Source: Pristiophorus japonicus (taxonomy: Eukaryota). Taken from it: DNA of 64,000 bases. The DNA lies in NCBI RefSeq assembly GCF_044704955.1, contig NC_091999.1:10106001-10170000 (forward strand). The letters are read 5' to 3'. This document shows positions 37,140 to 51,704 of the stretch, piece after piece. Each line of letters begins with the position of its first letter. The first letter of the stretch is position 1. A program made the position numbers and the translations under genes. The notes under the pieces were generated by a model. That model was not told where the DNA came from. It saw only the letters and a program-made list of their open reading frames with translations, and did not search any database.

Positions 37140-37177
37140 CACAGTAATGGAAAACAGTCTCACCCCGTACAAAAACT
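37140..37177 (+). other. RSS (22-nt spacer)
   Basis: CACAGTA + 22 nt + ACAAAAACT. Confidence 0.9.
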
Positions 37178-39365
37178 GCCATTGGACTGTAGGGCGAAGC
37201 TCCTGTCTGTTGGGGTTGTGTGGAATCGTGGAAAGATGCAGCCACAATGCACAGAGCGCTGTCAGGCGCTCAAACACACACTGAGAGGAAACCAAATTAA
37301 CCTCGGATCAAACTGTCACCCAACTGTTTCCAGAAGTGGCTGCGAAAACAAACTTCAGAATCCAATCGGCTCGCAAGATCGATCAGAGAATCAATCTGCC
37401 GGTTGAACTGTCCTTTGAGCTTCTGATCAGCTGTTTTCCCTTAAAGTCATGGATCTCAGCTCCGAGAAAGAGGTTGCTGACAGAGCCAGGAACCTACTGC
37501 TGGTCGCCCCGTTAATGGGACAGGATCTGATCCCCATATTACACCTATGTTTATTTCATTCCGTGTGTTCCTTCAAAATTCAATATTTAATGTGTTGAGG
37601 AGGTCGGGAAATCCTCTGATATTACTTTATTTTCTCCTGAAATTAGTTGCAACTATCCGAACTTGATAACAGAAGTGTTGGAAATAAACAACCAAATGGG
37701 GGAAGAAAAATGTTTGAATATTGCGGGAGGTATATGTAGGAATAGAGATTTATGAACGTTTTCGCTAGTCTTGCTGCTCCAGTATCTGGCTGCCTCATTT
37801 AACTGCCGTGTATTAGTTAACCTTCAACAATTGTGTTCAAGAGCTATTAGCCTTTAAGTAGAGCTCCGTCTGCGTTGCAGTTGCACCAAAGATATTGCAA
37901 TTAATTGACATTCTATATTTCAATTCGATCACATCCCGTGAATGATTTAAGCAGCTGTGAAGGACAGAGTTCCCCACAATACAAAGCGGGTCACAAAATA
38001 CCCAAGCAGACTACGGGCCATGCTACAAGTAGCCCCAAGTAGAGCACGGTTCACACACGAGCAACTCGCCAGCAGCGTTGATCGTCGCTGTCTATCTTTA
38101 CCGTCATTGCATATTGTTTTCATTCTTATTAAGAATAGGAATTGAAGTCACACGTCACATCGCATGCCATTCAAATATGGCCGACTGTACTTCACACAAA
38201 CATGGCCGCCGCCCTCCAGTGGATGACGCCACAAAGCATTCCAATCGGCACATCACCTTGATTGGTCGTTTTTGAAATTCAATCATGGTTTGGGACACCG
38301 GCAGTCTGCAGCTCCCTTGCGGAAGTAAAGAGTCGTAGGTTGTGCAGCTTCTCACCTCTGACTCAATTCTGCGATTCCAGTGGCAGGTGTCAGCCCGTGT
38401 GTCTTAAAGGGGCCCTGCACCGCCAAAGCTTCCTTGAGGCTGGATCAAGAAAGAACAAGCGGAGACGCGGTAATGGTTGCTAAAGGTAATTGTAGCTTGG
38501 AGAGAAGGGAGAGAGACTGCGGCAGAGATATGGCTTAAACACCAAATCCTTCTTTTAACAAACTTCCTTTTGAGCCCTGCAGTCGGGCCGCTAATTCCTC
38601 TCCCGCTTGAGCCGAGGTGCTATTCAACCACAACTGACCTATTGCCAGAACTCCGGGAGTTTCGAGGAAAAGCAATGCCACACCAAAAGGATATTATGGA
38701 AGATATTCGGATTTGACCAGAAAGCTCTAGAGACTCGCAGAAAGTTTGATAAGACGGTGAAAGAAGTGGAGCAAAACATCAGTGAATCAAGGAGCGAAGG
38801 TCTGAAGTTCACTGGCGGATTTCTGTGCTGATGTTCAGTGAATTCAAGAAGATGATATTAGAGGGACTGGAGGAGTGCGAGGAGAAAGAATCCCTGCGAG
38901 TGCGGGGAGAACGAATTCAGTGAGTTCAGGCAGATGGTATCAGATGCAATGGAGCAGCGCAAGCAGATATGATCCCCTGTGTAATGTCCAGTGAGTTTGG
39001 ATACATGGTGTAAGAGATCAGAGGAGTTAAGCGATAAAGGATCCCTTTGTGTTGTTCAACCAGTTCAAGTATATGGTATCAGAGGGAATGGAGGAGAACA
39101 GGGGGAAATAATCGCTGGGGTAATGGTCAGTGGATTCAGATTTATACTATCCGAGTGGATGGAGGAGAGCAGAGAGAAAGGACCCCTGGGGTGATGCTCA
39201 GTAGCTTCATGGAAATGGTGAAAGGGGGAATGGAGCAGAGTAAGATCGCCAGGAAACAGAAGACAGAGAGCTAGTGTAAATGGGAGTTGCTCAGATTGGC
39301 GAAGGATTAGAAGTGGTTACTGCAGTGCTGAGCCAAATTTTTGCCTCAGTCTGTGTGAACCATTT

Positions 39366-42300
39366 TTTAAGGGAGACAAATTGTAGTCGGAAAAGAACAG
39401 ACAGATAGGTGGTCAGAACATAATGCTGAAGGTAGTGAACTAATCAGTATCATGAGGATCTGAGGAATTACCTATGTATGTAACACTTGCTTATGTTGGC
39501 ATAGTACAGTTATGACGCATTAAAACTGCATAGTTAACCTTCATAACACTTAACAAAATAGCCAAAGTCAGCAGTTGCAAATTTTGAGGAAGAGATAAGA
39601 AAGCCAGTACTTTGGAAACATTTACTTCAGGCGACATAGAGACTGTGTGCAAATCATGGAACAACACGATTAATTTATGATGGGAGATGGAGAATTGCAC
39701 GTACCACTCACAGCCAGTCTGAAAAGAGTCGACAAATCAGTGTAACTCCGCTGACAGCAATAGATCTATCGATGATTTTGTAGCAGGGTAGCTCTTTCCA
39801 AAACCTGTCTAAGTTATACTCGAAACCTCTTCTATTTTGAAGGATCCAGATTGCACCCTCCCTTGCATTTGATCGAAATAAAGCCGGTTGAACCTACGGG
39901 TTCCTTTATTTATTTCCGTGGTCGTTATATGGAGGGCGAAGGGCGAGGTATCGATTACCTATATCAGGTAATCCGCCCCGAGGAAGAGAAAACTTCCTTT
40001 TTCCCTAACAATTGTCACTGCGAGCAGGGTGCAGACCCTCCGACCTGGATGATGTGACAGCTAGCAATGGCAGTGAGTATGTTTTTGTACCACATGCGGC
40101 TGTAGCATTGACGGAGAAGGAAGTAATCTGTGAAAAGCACTAGAAGGGGGTAATCTATAGAACAAAGTTCTAGCCAACCACGGAAGGACGAAAACTAGGT
40201 TGGGGATTCGTGTATGCCTGATAAAGAAGGTATACAAACTAACATGAGGGCTGGGACATCAGGATGTTGAAGAAAACTGGCCAGTGGGATAAAATGAAGA
40301 CCAAGGGGGATCTCTGAGATAGGGACCAAATGGGTCCTGGGTTAAATGTTCGCAGGAAAGATGAAAAATAAAACTGACACTTCCAGTCGGAATAACCAGA
40401 TTAGGGAGGCAAGCAGTCTGACCGGACGTTGGAGGGGTCCAAAAGCGTGGCAATAGTACACAGAATCTGGAAGAGGGGTAAACGTACCCAGACGAAAAAG
40501 TGTTTGCGATTAAGTTGCTGAAAAAACATAGGATAAGCTGTATTGAATGAAAATTTGGTGTGAATGTCTGTCGTTAAGTAAAAGTGATCGCATGGAAGCT
40601 TTCTAGATTTTAAATAAGTGCTGGAAAAAACATTTAATTCACAAAGGACAGCTTGTTTTTATCCAAAGATAAAAATGCAACCTTGAAACTAGACTGCTGA
40701 AAGGAAAACAAATTGAATGTCGAATTGAGAAAAATGGTGTTTGCGATTATCGCACGTAGTTTAAATTAGCAAATTCACAGAGACACAAGCCCTCGGTCTA
40801 AAATGTTTGTTAGATACAAAAACTAATTTGAAGGTAGGAGATTTCAATTGGAAAAGGGATAAAAGACACATTATGTTGATAATGATTTTAAATTATGAGG
40901 AAACTTCACTGCAGTAAAGGAGATTTAAATATCGGGTGTGAAAACCTTTTCAAAATGGGCGGTGCTTATCGATGAAAAGTCCCGAACAGTCTAAACAAGC
41001 AGGAGAGTTTTGAAAATAACGAGGGGAAAAGATCTAAGCTATGTGAACTCAGCAAAGAAGAGAAAAAACTGGGAATTAGAAAATGTTGCTGAGCGAACAG
41101 TTTTTTTTAAAAGATAGAAGTGGCACGGAAGGTTCAGCTTTTGTGCCGACAGAAATAAAACAATAGATACGATCAGTGAAAGGGACCTTAAAAAACGAAA
41201 TACTGGAATGTATATTGTGTGAAAATTGTTTTGACTATGATTTACAGAGCGGAGAAAAATAAGCCACAGTTGCCAGTACTTCATTTTAAATTGGATTTCA
41301 GTTTTTTAAAAAAGCGATTAAAAATGTGTGGTCTCGTTTTAAATCAACATAAAAATACTTTGGCTAGTATTTGAATTGGAAGTATAGAAACAATTGGAAT
41401 TTAATCTAAAATGCTGTCTTTCGCGCTGTGAATGTTTTATTTCAAGCCAATAATGACACCTTTACTAATGATTTCTGCTGTTTGAACAGATTCAAGACTT
41501 TTAAGTAAGTTTTGAAGGCACAAAGACTTGGGAAAAAATTCTGATATCGGGAATGGTTTAAAAATTATGCAGTCACATAATGACATCAGGCATTCTTACA
41601 AACCTGCAAAGGAATTAACCCTTTCCATTGACAGCTGTTTTATACCGGAAATTATTAATTTGGGTTTCATAAAAAATGAAATGAAAAAGCAAGGATGGCA
41701 GCCAGAAGACTCACATGACCGACAGAGGAAACGAAGGGGTAGTCAGAATAAGAATAAATTGGATAAAGCCTATGTAATAATATTCACCTGCAACATAGGA
41801 GAGATAAAAGAAATAGATACTCAAACAAAACAAATTAAAGAGTTATAAGTTAAGATAAAGAAGCTGGAAGAGATCGAATGGGGACCAGAAAGATGGTACA
41901 GTGCACAGCGGTAGTAAAAAAAATCAAATATTGGAATTCCTCAAGCACGGAATATTTAAAGATTGGCTAGGAGTAGCCGATCAAAAGATAATGCTTTTAG
42001 AGTAGTGCATGATAATATGATAGTCTGGAGCAGACGTGGATACATGACCTCAGGAGGAGGGCCACATAAACAGGAGGAGATTATTAAAAAATAAAGGTCA
42101 AAGCGCACGTAAAAATTACTGATCAACATCAACAGGGAAACACATGGACAGATGAGGCAGCCAACGGGTGGCAGAGACAGGTACTGTGGCCGAGGAAGCC
42201 CAGGGCAGTGCATCGGGCCTGAGGAAGTAAACATGCTTAAGGTACAGAGAGAAGCCACTCCAAAGGAAAAGGAGGAGTGGAAACGGACCGGGGCCCAACA

Positions 42301-45300
42301 AGAGTTTGACGGGATATACAGGTGGAACATGATAAGCTCGATGTCCAGATGCTGGTGGTGGAAGGGAATGGGTAGAGATATAGAGAACAACTGTAGATGT
42401 GGCGTAACATGCGCAAAATACAACTCATGGGGGAAAGTAAAGGGCAGAATGAGACATCAGTCCCGACCAAAAGGACCCTGGGAAACCTTCCAGATAGATT
42501 TTACGACCGTTACCCAGCAACAAGGGGAAGACATACTGCCTAGTTATAAAACGCCAATGGGGAATGCCACTACAGCTTGACTCAGATCAAGGTACACACT
42601 TCACAGGGAGGTTAATGAAAAAGGCTTGCACTTTACGCGGGATCAGGCAAAAATGAGACTGCCAGAATCTTGGTTACAGGAAGCGAGGATGAAGGACCTT
42701 ATAAACACAGGATACGGAGGTTTGTGATGGAACTCTGTAAGCAGTTACTTGACTTAAAAGCACAGGGTAGAGATCAGCAAGTCATCAAGTGCTTCGAGAA
42801 CGTCACTAAGGAACAGAAGATCCAAATACCCCAAAGGGACCAATCAGGTGATGGTGAGGATGGTAAGGGACATGTACTCCTGCGTAGTTATAAGGAGTAT
42901 CGGCAAGTGGGAGCACTGGACCCAGTTAAAAAAGTATGCTCACCTTGAAATATTGTATTTTTGCAGGACTCCAGTGCTGTGGAAACAACGTGGGGTAAAG
43001 CAGCTTCATATCAAGGACAACAGGCTGAGGGACGACAAGGCCTGTATTACAGGGACTCGGACGACATTAGCTTAATAAAGAATCAAAGACACTGATGGTG
43101 ACGGATGGAGCAACAGTAGACTTAAATAACGGGCATAAAACAACGCGGCAACGAAACGAAACAACATTGGGGCTGGGCCAGTAAAATGGGACAAATAATT
43201 AATGGGAATAAGACCGCGGGGTGTTTTATAATCAGGAGGGACAAACATACTGCACCCGGGGGAAAGCGGTGCAGATTTCACTAACATGTATGAATGGTGG
43301 TGGAGGGATATCTCTCGAGATACACCCACCAACACGGCAGCACCAACTACTTTAGCAACAGTGAGCACTACCAGGGCCCCGACCACCACACCCCCAGCGC
43401 CACAACCATGTCCAACTATGAACGCTGGGGCAAAAGGGGGATTGATAGGGCAGATCAAGGATAAGATACACTTCGGTGTACGTCACTGAATAATTACTGT
43501 ATTCCTAAATTTAACAGACTTAACCATCCCCAAATTCGGTGGGTTAAAAACTATAAGGCTATATAGAAACCTGACCCTGCGAGCGCTTAAAGGCAGTGAA
43601 TCAAAAACCATGACGTTTAACATGGAAAGAGGGTCAGGTAAAAAGCGGGACTGGGGAAAAAGGGGTATACTAGAAATGGTATGCCTCACACGAACCTTAC
43701 AGGGATTGTTGGAGAGAAATTTAGAAGAAACTCGCGTGCGGTACCATGACAATCCAGAATTGTAACTGAATAGAACAACAGTACTAAGAGTCCCAGCATA
43801 GATGATTGTTACAAAAAAAAAAAAGTTGATTTACGTCCAGATCCACTAGAAATGATCAAATATGACTGTAGCTATGACCAACTGAACAGGTGCACCTTGC
43901 GTATTACTCCGCCCCCTCCCCTCAAAACAGGACGACGGAATTTTCGCTATTCCACGAGAAATGGAGATTCATGAGTGAGCACCACGGCAACTGAAATGAA
44001 GGAAGCAACAACTCATGCGTTATTATGGATACTGACTTCTGTTCTACTCTTCTTGGCGAGACAGATATAAACGTGCTTATTATAACCTCTGAACTAAAGG
44101 AGGAAACCATCGATGATTGACATTGCCTGAGGAGGTGATGCAAAGGCCATCGGCTGCAAGGAAAACTGATACTCGAACGGAAGGAGGAAAAAACTCGACT
44201 GAATTGGACACAGTGAAAGAGAATTCGACAACATAGAGAAACCACAGGTAGAGGAAAGATAAGGTACCCCTGGCCGGCCAGAATTAGACAGAATAGAGAA
44301 GACACCAAGTAGAGGAAAGATAGAAGATACAGAGGATACCTCAGGCGGGGCATAATTCTAACACTGAAAACATGTTGGCTAGAAAGCACTTCGATGATAT
44401 GAAATGTAAATTGGCTAGAACAGACTGACACATGATACTTAAAGGGTTGACGGTGGATAGACAACGGTAGACATTTAAAAATCACATGGATGAACTTCAA
44501 CAATTGTAAAACTAGTAAAACTAAAACGGGGAAGGTGGCTCAACCGTGGCTAACAAGGGAAATTAGGGATTAGTATTAAATCCAAGGAAGAGGCATATAA
44601 AATGGCCTGAAAAAGCAGCAAACCTGAGGACTGGGAGAAATTTAGAATCCAGCAGAGGAGGACACAGGGTTTAATTCGGAGGGGGAAAATAGAGTATGAG
44701 AGGAAATTTGCTGGGAACATAAAACCTGACTGCAAAATCTTCTGTAGATATGTGAAGAGAAAGAGATTAGTGAAGACAAATGTAGGTCGCTTCCAGTCAG
44801 AATCAGACGAATTTATAATGGGGAACAGAGAAATGGCAGTCCAATTGAAAATACTTTGCTTCTGTCTTCAAGAGGGTAGAGACGAATAACCTTCTGGAAA
44901 TACTAGGAGACTGAGGATCTAGTGAGAAGGGGAAACTGAAGGAAATCCTTATTAATCAGGAAATTTTGTTTGGGAAATTGATGGGATTGAAGGCCGATAA
45001 GTCCCCAGGGCCTTTTTCGTCTGCATCCCAGAGTACTTAAGGATGTAGCCCTAGAAATAGTGGATGCATTGATGATTATTTTCCAACAGTCTATCGAATC
45101 TGGATCAGTTCCTATGGACTCGAGAATAGCTAATGTAACACCACTTTTAAAAAAAGGTGGGAGAGAGAAAACGTGAAATTATAGACCGGTTAGTCTGACA
45201 TCGGTAGTGGGGAAAATGTTGGAATCAATTATTAAAGATGAAACAGCAGCGCATTTGGAAAGCAGTGACAGTATCGGTCCAAGTCAGCATGGATTTATGA

Positions 45301-47476
45301 AAGGGAAATCATGCTTGACAAACCTTCCAGAATTCTTTGAGGATGTAACTAGTCGAGTGGACGAGGCAGAACCAGTGGATGTGGTGTATTTGGACTTTCA
45401 AAAGGCTTTTGACAAGGTCCCACACAAAGATTGCTGTGCAAAATTAAAACACATGTTATTGCGGGTAATGCATTGATGTGGATAGAGAACTGGTTGACAG
45501 ACAGGAAGCAGAGAGTCGGGATAAACGGGTCCTTTTCAGCATGGCAGGCAGTGACTAGTGGGGTGCCGCAGGGTTCAGTGCTGGGACCCAAGCCATTTAC
45601 AATATATGTCAATGATTTAGAAGAAGGAATTGAGTGTAATATCTCCAAGTTTGCAGATGACACTAAGCTGGGTGGCGGTGTGAGCTGTGAGGAGTATGCT
45701 ACGAGGATGCAGATTGATTTGGACTGGTTAGGTGAGTCTGCGAAAGCATGGCAGATGCAGTATAATGTGGATAAATGTGAGATTATCCACTTTGATGTCA
45801 AAAACCTGAAGGTAGAATATTATCTGAATGGAGGCAGATTATGAAAAGTGGAGATGCAACGAGACCTGGGTGTCATGGTACATCAGTGATTGGAAGTTGG
45901 CATGCAGGTACAGCAGACAGTGAAGAAGGCAAATGGAACGTTGGCCTTGATATCTAGCGGATTTGAGTATAGGAGCAGGGAGGTCTTACTGCAGTTGTAC
46001 AGCCACTTAGGGAGACCTCCTCTGGAATATTGTGTTCAGTTTTGTTTTCTGAGGAAGAACGTCCTTGCCTTTGAGGAAGTGCAGCGAAGGTTGACCAGAA
46101 TGATTCCCGGGATGGCAGGACTGACATGTGAGGAGATATTGCATCGCCTGGGCCTGTATTCACTGCAGTTTAGAAGAATTAAAGAGGATCTCAAAGAAAC
46201 ATATAACATTCTGACTGGACTGGACAGGTTAGATGCAGGAAGAATGTCCCCGATGCTGGTGATGTCCAGAACCAGGGGTCACAGTCTAAGGATAAATGTA
46301 ATTCATTTAGGACCGAGATGAGAAGAAACTTCTTCACTCAGAAAATTGTGAACCTGTGGAATTTTCTACCGCAGAGAGTTGTTGATGCCAGTGTTTTAGA
46401 TATATTCAAGCGGGAGTTAGATATCGCCCTTACAGCTAAAGGGATCAATGGGTATGGAGAGAAAGCAGGTAAGTGATACTGAGGTGAATGATCAGCCATG
46501 ATCTTAATGAATGGTGGTGCAGGCTCGAAGGGCCGAATCGCCTACTCCTGCACCTATTTTCTATGTTTCTATGTTTCTACACGAACTATGTCGGTCTAAA
46601 TGTCGGGCAAGGGAACTCATATTGTTAGAATTATTCCGTAAGAAGTCTGACTTACGTAAGAGGCAGCCACTAGCCCGTACTATAGTTAAAACATTGAAAA
46701 AAGGCAAATTAGACAGTCCGGCTGAAATTATTATTTATTATAACCTTGATGGGAAAGCGAACCTGTCGATCCTGCAGCTCGGGATGTAGCGCTACACAAG
46801 CGAAATGACGACACTGAAAGTTCACCTATGTGGAATTAATTGGGAAATAGCTTATCTTGGGCATATAGCCAAGGGCCATTAGGGGGGAACTGTAATGGAT
46901 AATAATTGTAGCAGGCAAAGAGCAGACAATAGCTGGCCATTATACAATGCTGAAGGTAGAGAACTAATCAGTATTAGGAGGGTCTAAGGAATTGCCTATG
47001 TATGTAACACTTACTTAAGTAGGAATAGCACATTAAAACTGTATGGTTAAATTTCGTAACACTTAACTAAACAGCCGAAGTCAGCAGTTGCAAATTTTGA
47101 TTAGAAGTCTCCGAGAAAGAGATAAGAAAGCCCGTATTTAGGAAACAGTTACTTCAGGCGACATATAGACTGTGGCAAAGTGCAAATCATGGCAAAACAC
47201 AATTAACATATGATTGGAGATAGACAATTGCATGTACAGTCCGATAAGAGTCGCCAAATCAATGGAACTCTGCAGATAGCAGTAGACCCATCGATGATTT
47301 TGAAGGAGAGTAGTTCCTCTCCAAAACCTGTATAAATTGTTCTCGAAATCTCTTGTTGAACCTAAGGTTTCATTTACTTAATTCCTTGCTCTTTATACGG
47401 AGGGCGAAGCGCGAGGTGTTGATTAACTATTCAGGTAATCCGCCCCAAGGAAGAGAAGCCTCCTTTTACCCCAACA
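39366..47476 (+). mobile_element. Decayed endogenous retrovirus-like provirus (LTRs ~39366-40010 and 46891-47476)
   Basis: Two similar ~600-bp LTRs ending in ...AACA; PBS-like tgtcactgcgagcaggg at 40013; PPT aggggggaac at 46881-46890; CATTT on both flanks; integrase relic WWWKGMGRDIENNCRCGVTCAKYN...PWETFQIDFT (42350-42505); Pro/Thr-rich env-like relic at ~43290-43490. Confidence 0.8.
44520..46578 (+). mobile_element. CR1 LINE inserted in the ERV
   Basis: RT ORF pieces 45207-46321; tttctatg tail at ~46560-46578. Confidence 0.9.
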
Positions 47477-49807
47477 CATTTTAAATTTAAAGGGGAGAAT
47501 CCAAAGCAAACTGCATTCTATCGTACCATTCCCTAGACCTGGACTCCACTTGGCCTGAACAAAACTAAACTAATATCCGATCAAAATTGGATTCTGCCCG
47601 TCCATCACACAACCTGTATCGAGCGGTGATAACTGACTGCAGAATGCTGCAAATGTACCTGCGTCCACTGCGTGATCCCTCATCTCATCTCTAACAAATA
47701 CAATATCTACTTCTCTTCTCTCTGCCTTCCGTAGATGAGTGTGCAAACGAAAACGATCGTGATAGATTATTTGTGAAAGAAAATCAACAGCTTCTGAAAT
47801 TGCACTGTTCGCTTGATGTGTAATAGAGGGATAAAAGGATGAAGCAGCGATTCAGTGTTTTGGGGAATTTATCTCAGTGTGTTTATCAATTAATCTTTCC
47901 AAGATTTGTCAAATTGCTTCAGTAAGATCGAAGTGTGAGTGGATTGTTTTATCTCACCTTTACCAGAGTGACGGCAGCGCTGTCGAATATGGTAAGGCAG
48001 AACGTGATGATGAATGTGGAAGCAGTTGTTCAGATGTTGCCGCTCCCTTCCTCATCGTCTTCAATCAAGATGTGGTCTGAGAATTATTCTGGGATATAGA
48101 GGAAGACATATATTCAAATCGTTTAATAATACAATATATCATATTCTTATTATATATTCTCTTTTCGTTTCCGAAAGGTATTTGTTTGTTCCCTAATTTA
48201 GTGTTGAATGTTTATCTTGTGTTAAGTGAATCATGCTGAGCAATCTATCTCTGTTTCTCTCTCCGCAATGAATCTTCCTTTGTAATCTTCCTAACGCCCC
48301 AATAACATTTCCTCTTCAACGTTTCTTGCTAATTGATTTTGTATCAATTTAATTTGATGTATCATTCGGGAATAATACGCTAAAATATCCATGGAGTTTT
48401 ACTGAATGATATCGATAATGTTAACGATAGGTGTAGATGGCTACTTATTCGGAGATTGTCAAGGGGGTTGGAAAAAGATAAGACGTGGTTATTTATTAGT
48501 TATGGTCAATGCTCTGAGCATAATTAACTTATATCAACTTCAAACAAGAACATTGATTTAGACGTGGTATCGGCCACAATAGAAAAGTGTGGGAAGTTAT
48601 GGTACCAGGAATTATTTAATCCGGTCAACCTTTTGGGAATGTGTCGGTAAAAAAGTGCGTTTTAATTCTATAATCGTCTGTAACATGGTATTTGTTGTGC
48701 GATTTAATGTTTGCGTCCGTGTGCGTGACGATCTCTTGTTTAGCCTGTGTTTGTGTGTTGCTGTATGTGTTGAGGAGTAAAAGTGTGCAATTCTATATCT
48801 GTGTATTTATGTCTAACTGTGCGTGTATTTTTATAAGTTTCTGTATGTTTTTGGGTAACTATTTATGTGTATTGCGTGAGTATCTATGCCTGTTTACATG
48901 AAAGTGTCTGAGTTTAAGTGTAATTGTGTGTGTGTTTCTGTCTAAGTTGGTGCATGTAAGTGTATGTATAAGTGTTTTTATGTGTAACTGAGTGTGGTTA
49001 AATTTAAGTGTGTGTTTTTGAGTAATTGCTTTCATGTGTATATTTATGTGTATGTGTATGGTTATGTGTAAGTGTTTGTGTATGTTTAGGTGTAAGTGGT
49101 GCGTTCGTTCAGGTATGACTCAGTGTTTTTCTGTTTAAGTGTATGTGTGCTTGAGTGTGTGTTTTGTGCAAGAGTGTTGATGCATGCATAAGTGCATGCA
49201 TGTTGATGTATCTGTTTGTGTTCATTTATGAGTAAGGGTGTGTGAGTAGTTTTCGTATTGTTCAAAGTTTCACAGCACTCCAACAATTGGGTCAGAGAAT
49301 GAAGGTGTTTATTATATTCTGGGTAAGTTTAATATTCTGTGTCAGTGTGTTAATGTGTCTGTTGATCTATAAGTCTGTGGGTGTTTATAAACACACGCAC
49401 TTACATAAAATTTCTAATTCTGTTACAAATAACCAGACATCCTCTCACTTTTACATTCCATTTCGCCCGCTGTGTGTAAATGTGTTCTGTGTGAAATGCA
49501 ACGTGACGTCAGTCGTTGGAATGCAACAATTGAACCGATGGTCTCAGAAATATCAGGGAGGAATGCATGAAGAATGCACATAAAATGCAATCCCCAGTTC
49601 ATATTTGCACTATTAAAATTGAATCTGTTAGTTTATGGAGAAAAGAGGCAGATTCAGCACAAACAGCAGTTAACAATATTATTTTGAATACATATTTTTT
49701 TTTACGAAATGATTCCAAAGTGGCAAGTTTAAAATTCTTGGACAGTGAGTTAGAAGGTGAATTTTTACTGATGGCAACAGACTTCATATCATAGATATTG
49801 ATTCAGC

Positions 49808-50370
49808 TCCACTCTCGCCGGCGAGGGAGTATGATAAACACTGGGTTAATAATTCCTCTTTCCTCTGTCTCTGATGGTGCATTGAGAGGTACAGTGGCTT
49901 TACGATTGCCCTGTCCCCTATTTCAGTTGGGAGAATGGGAGGTGAATTGCGTTAACAATGAACTTTTCCTGTCTCTCTAATGGGACAGGGGGAGGTACAG
50001 CGAGTTAAAATTTGCCATTTCCCCTCTCCCTGGTGGGGGACTGGGAGTTACAGTGTGCTAAAATACGGCATTTCTCCTCTCTCTGGTGGGGGATTGGGAA
50101 GTACAGTTTGAATTAATTGCACTCTCATCTCCTCTGGTAAGGGTGTGGGAGTTTCATTTTATTAACATTTGGGCTTTCCACTCGCTATGCTGGAGAGTGT
50201 GAGATACATTGGGCTAACAATTGCCCTTTCACCTCTCGCTGGTGAGGGAGTGGGATGTACAAGAGGTGAACAATTTCCCTTTCCACTCTCTCTTGTGGGG
50301 GGTGGGGGAACAGCGGTTTACAATTTCCCTTTCCTCTCTCTCTGGTGGGGATGTGGGAGGTACAGTTCGT
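49808..50370 (+). repeat. ~53-bp degenerate minisatellite, ~10 copies
   Basis: Unit ~ttcctctctctggtgggggantgggaggtacagngngttaacaattnccct. Confidence 0.75.
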
Positions 50371-50392
50371 GTTCGTGTGAGGCCCTCATTTC

Positions 50393-51510
50393 ATAGAAAC
50401 ATAAAAACATAGAAAATAGGTGCAGGAGTAGGCCATTCGGCCCTTCGAGCCTGCACCACCATTCAATGAGTTCATGGCTGAACATGCAAACTCAGTACCC
50501 CATTCCTGCTTTCTCGCCATAACCCTTGATTCCCCCTAGTAGTAAGGACTATATCGAGCTACCCTTTTGAATATATTTAGTGAATTTGCCTCAACAACTT
50601 TCTGTGGTAGAGAATTCCACAGGTTCTCCCCTCTCTGCGTGAAGACGTTTCTCTTCATCTCAGTCCTAAATGGCTTACCCCTTATCCTTAGACTGTGACC
50701 CGTGGTTCTGGAATTCCCCAACATTGGGAACATTCTTCCTGCATCTAACCTGTCTAAACCCGTCAGAATTTTAAACAGTTCTATGAGGTCCCGTCTCATT
50801 CTTCTGAACTCCAGTGAATACAAGCCCAGTTGATCCAGTCTTTCTTGATATGTCAGTCCTGCCATCGCGGGAATCAGTCTGGTGAATGTTCGCTGCACTC
50901 CCTCAATAGCAAGAGTGTCCTTCCTCAAGTTTGCAGACCAAAACTGTACACAATACTCCAGGTGTGGCCTCACCAAGGCCCTGTACAACTGTAGCAATAC
51001 CTCCCTGCCCCTGGACTCAAGTCCCCTCGCTATGAAGGCCACCATGCCATTTGCTTTCTTAACCGCCTGCTGTACCTGCATGCCGACCTTCAATGACTGA
51101 TGTACCATGACACCGATGTCTCGTTGCACCTCTCCTTTTCCTAACCTGTCACCATTCAGATAATAGTCTGTCTTTCTATTTTTACCACCAAAGTGGATAA
51201 CTTCACATTTATCCACATTATACTTCATCTGCCATGCATTTGCCCACTTACCTAACCTATCCAAGTCACTCTGTAGCCTCATACCATCCTCCTCGCAGCT
51301 CACACTGCCAGCCAACTTAGTGTCATCCGCAAATTTGGAGATACTACATTTAATCCCCTCGTCTAACTCATTAATGTACAATGTAAACAGCTGGGGCCCC
51401 AGCACAGAACCTTGCGGTACCCCACTAGTCACTGCCTGCCATTCTGAAAAGTACCCATTTACTCCTACTCTTTGCTTCCTGTCTGACAACCATTTCTCAA
51501 TCCATGTCAG
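50393..51510 (-). mobile_element. CR1 LINE 3' fragment with an open 332-aa RT C-terminal ORF
   Basis: ORF 50536..51534; catagaaa tail. Confidence 0.9.
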
Positions 51511-51704
51511 TTGCCAGAGGGTGCGATGCTTCAAAATAAAACAGGCTCAAATTCTAAAGGTGGGACAACACAAGAAAAAGGGACACCGAGATTTAAATAT
51601 GCTGCCTTTGTTTGTCAGAAATGGGAACTTTTCAATTTTCCGCAGTGGGAGGAAAGTTCCAGAAATTACTTTGTGATCCTGTAATAAAATTTATTCACAT
51701 TGTG

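Noticed and set aside
37140-37177. 22-nt RSS spacers (also 13484-13521 and 54475-54512) as a defect or novelty
   Set aside because: 23+/-1 spacers are generally tolerated, so these are not unusual
50536-51534. 332-aa ORF as a host gene
   Set aside because: C-terminal half of CR1 reverse transcriptase, repeated many times in the window
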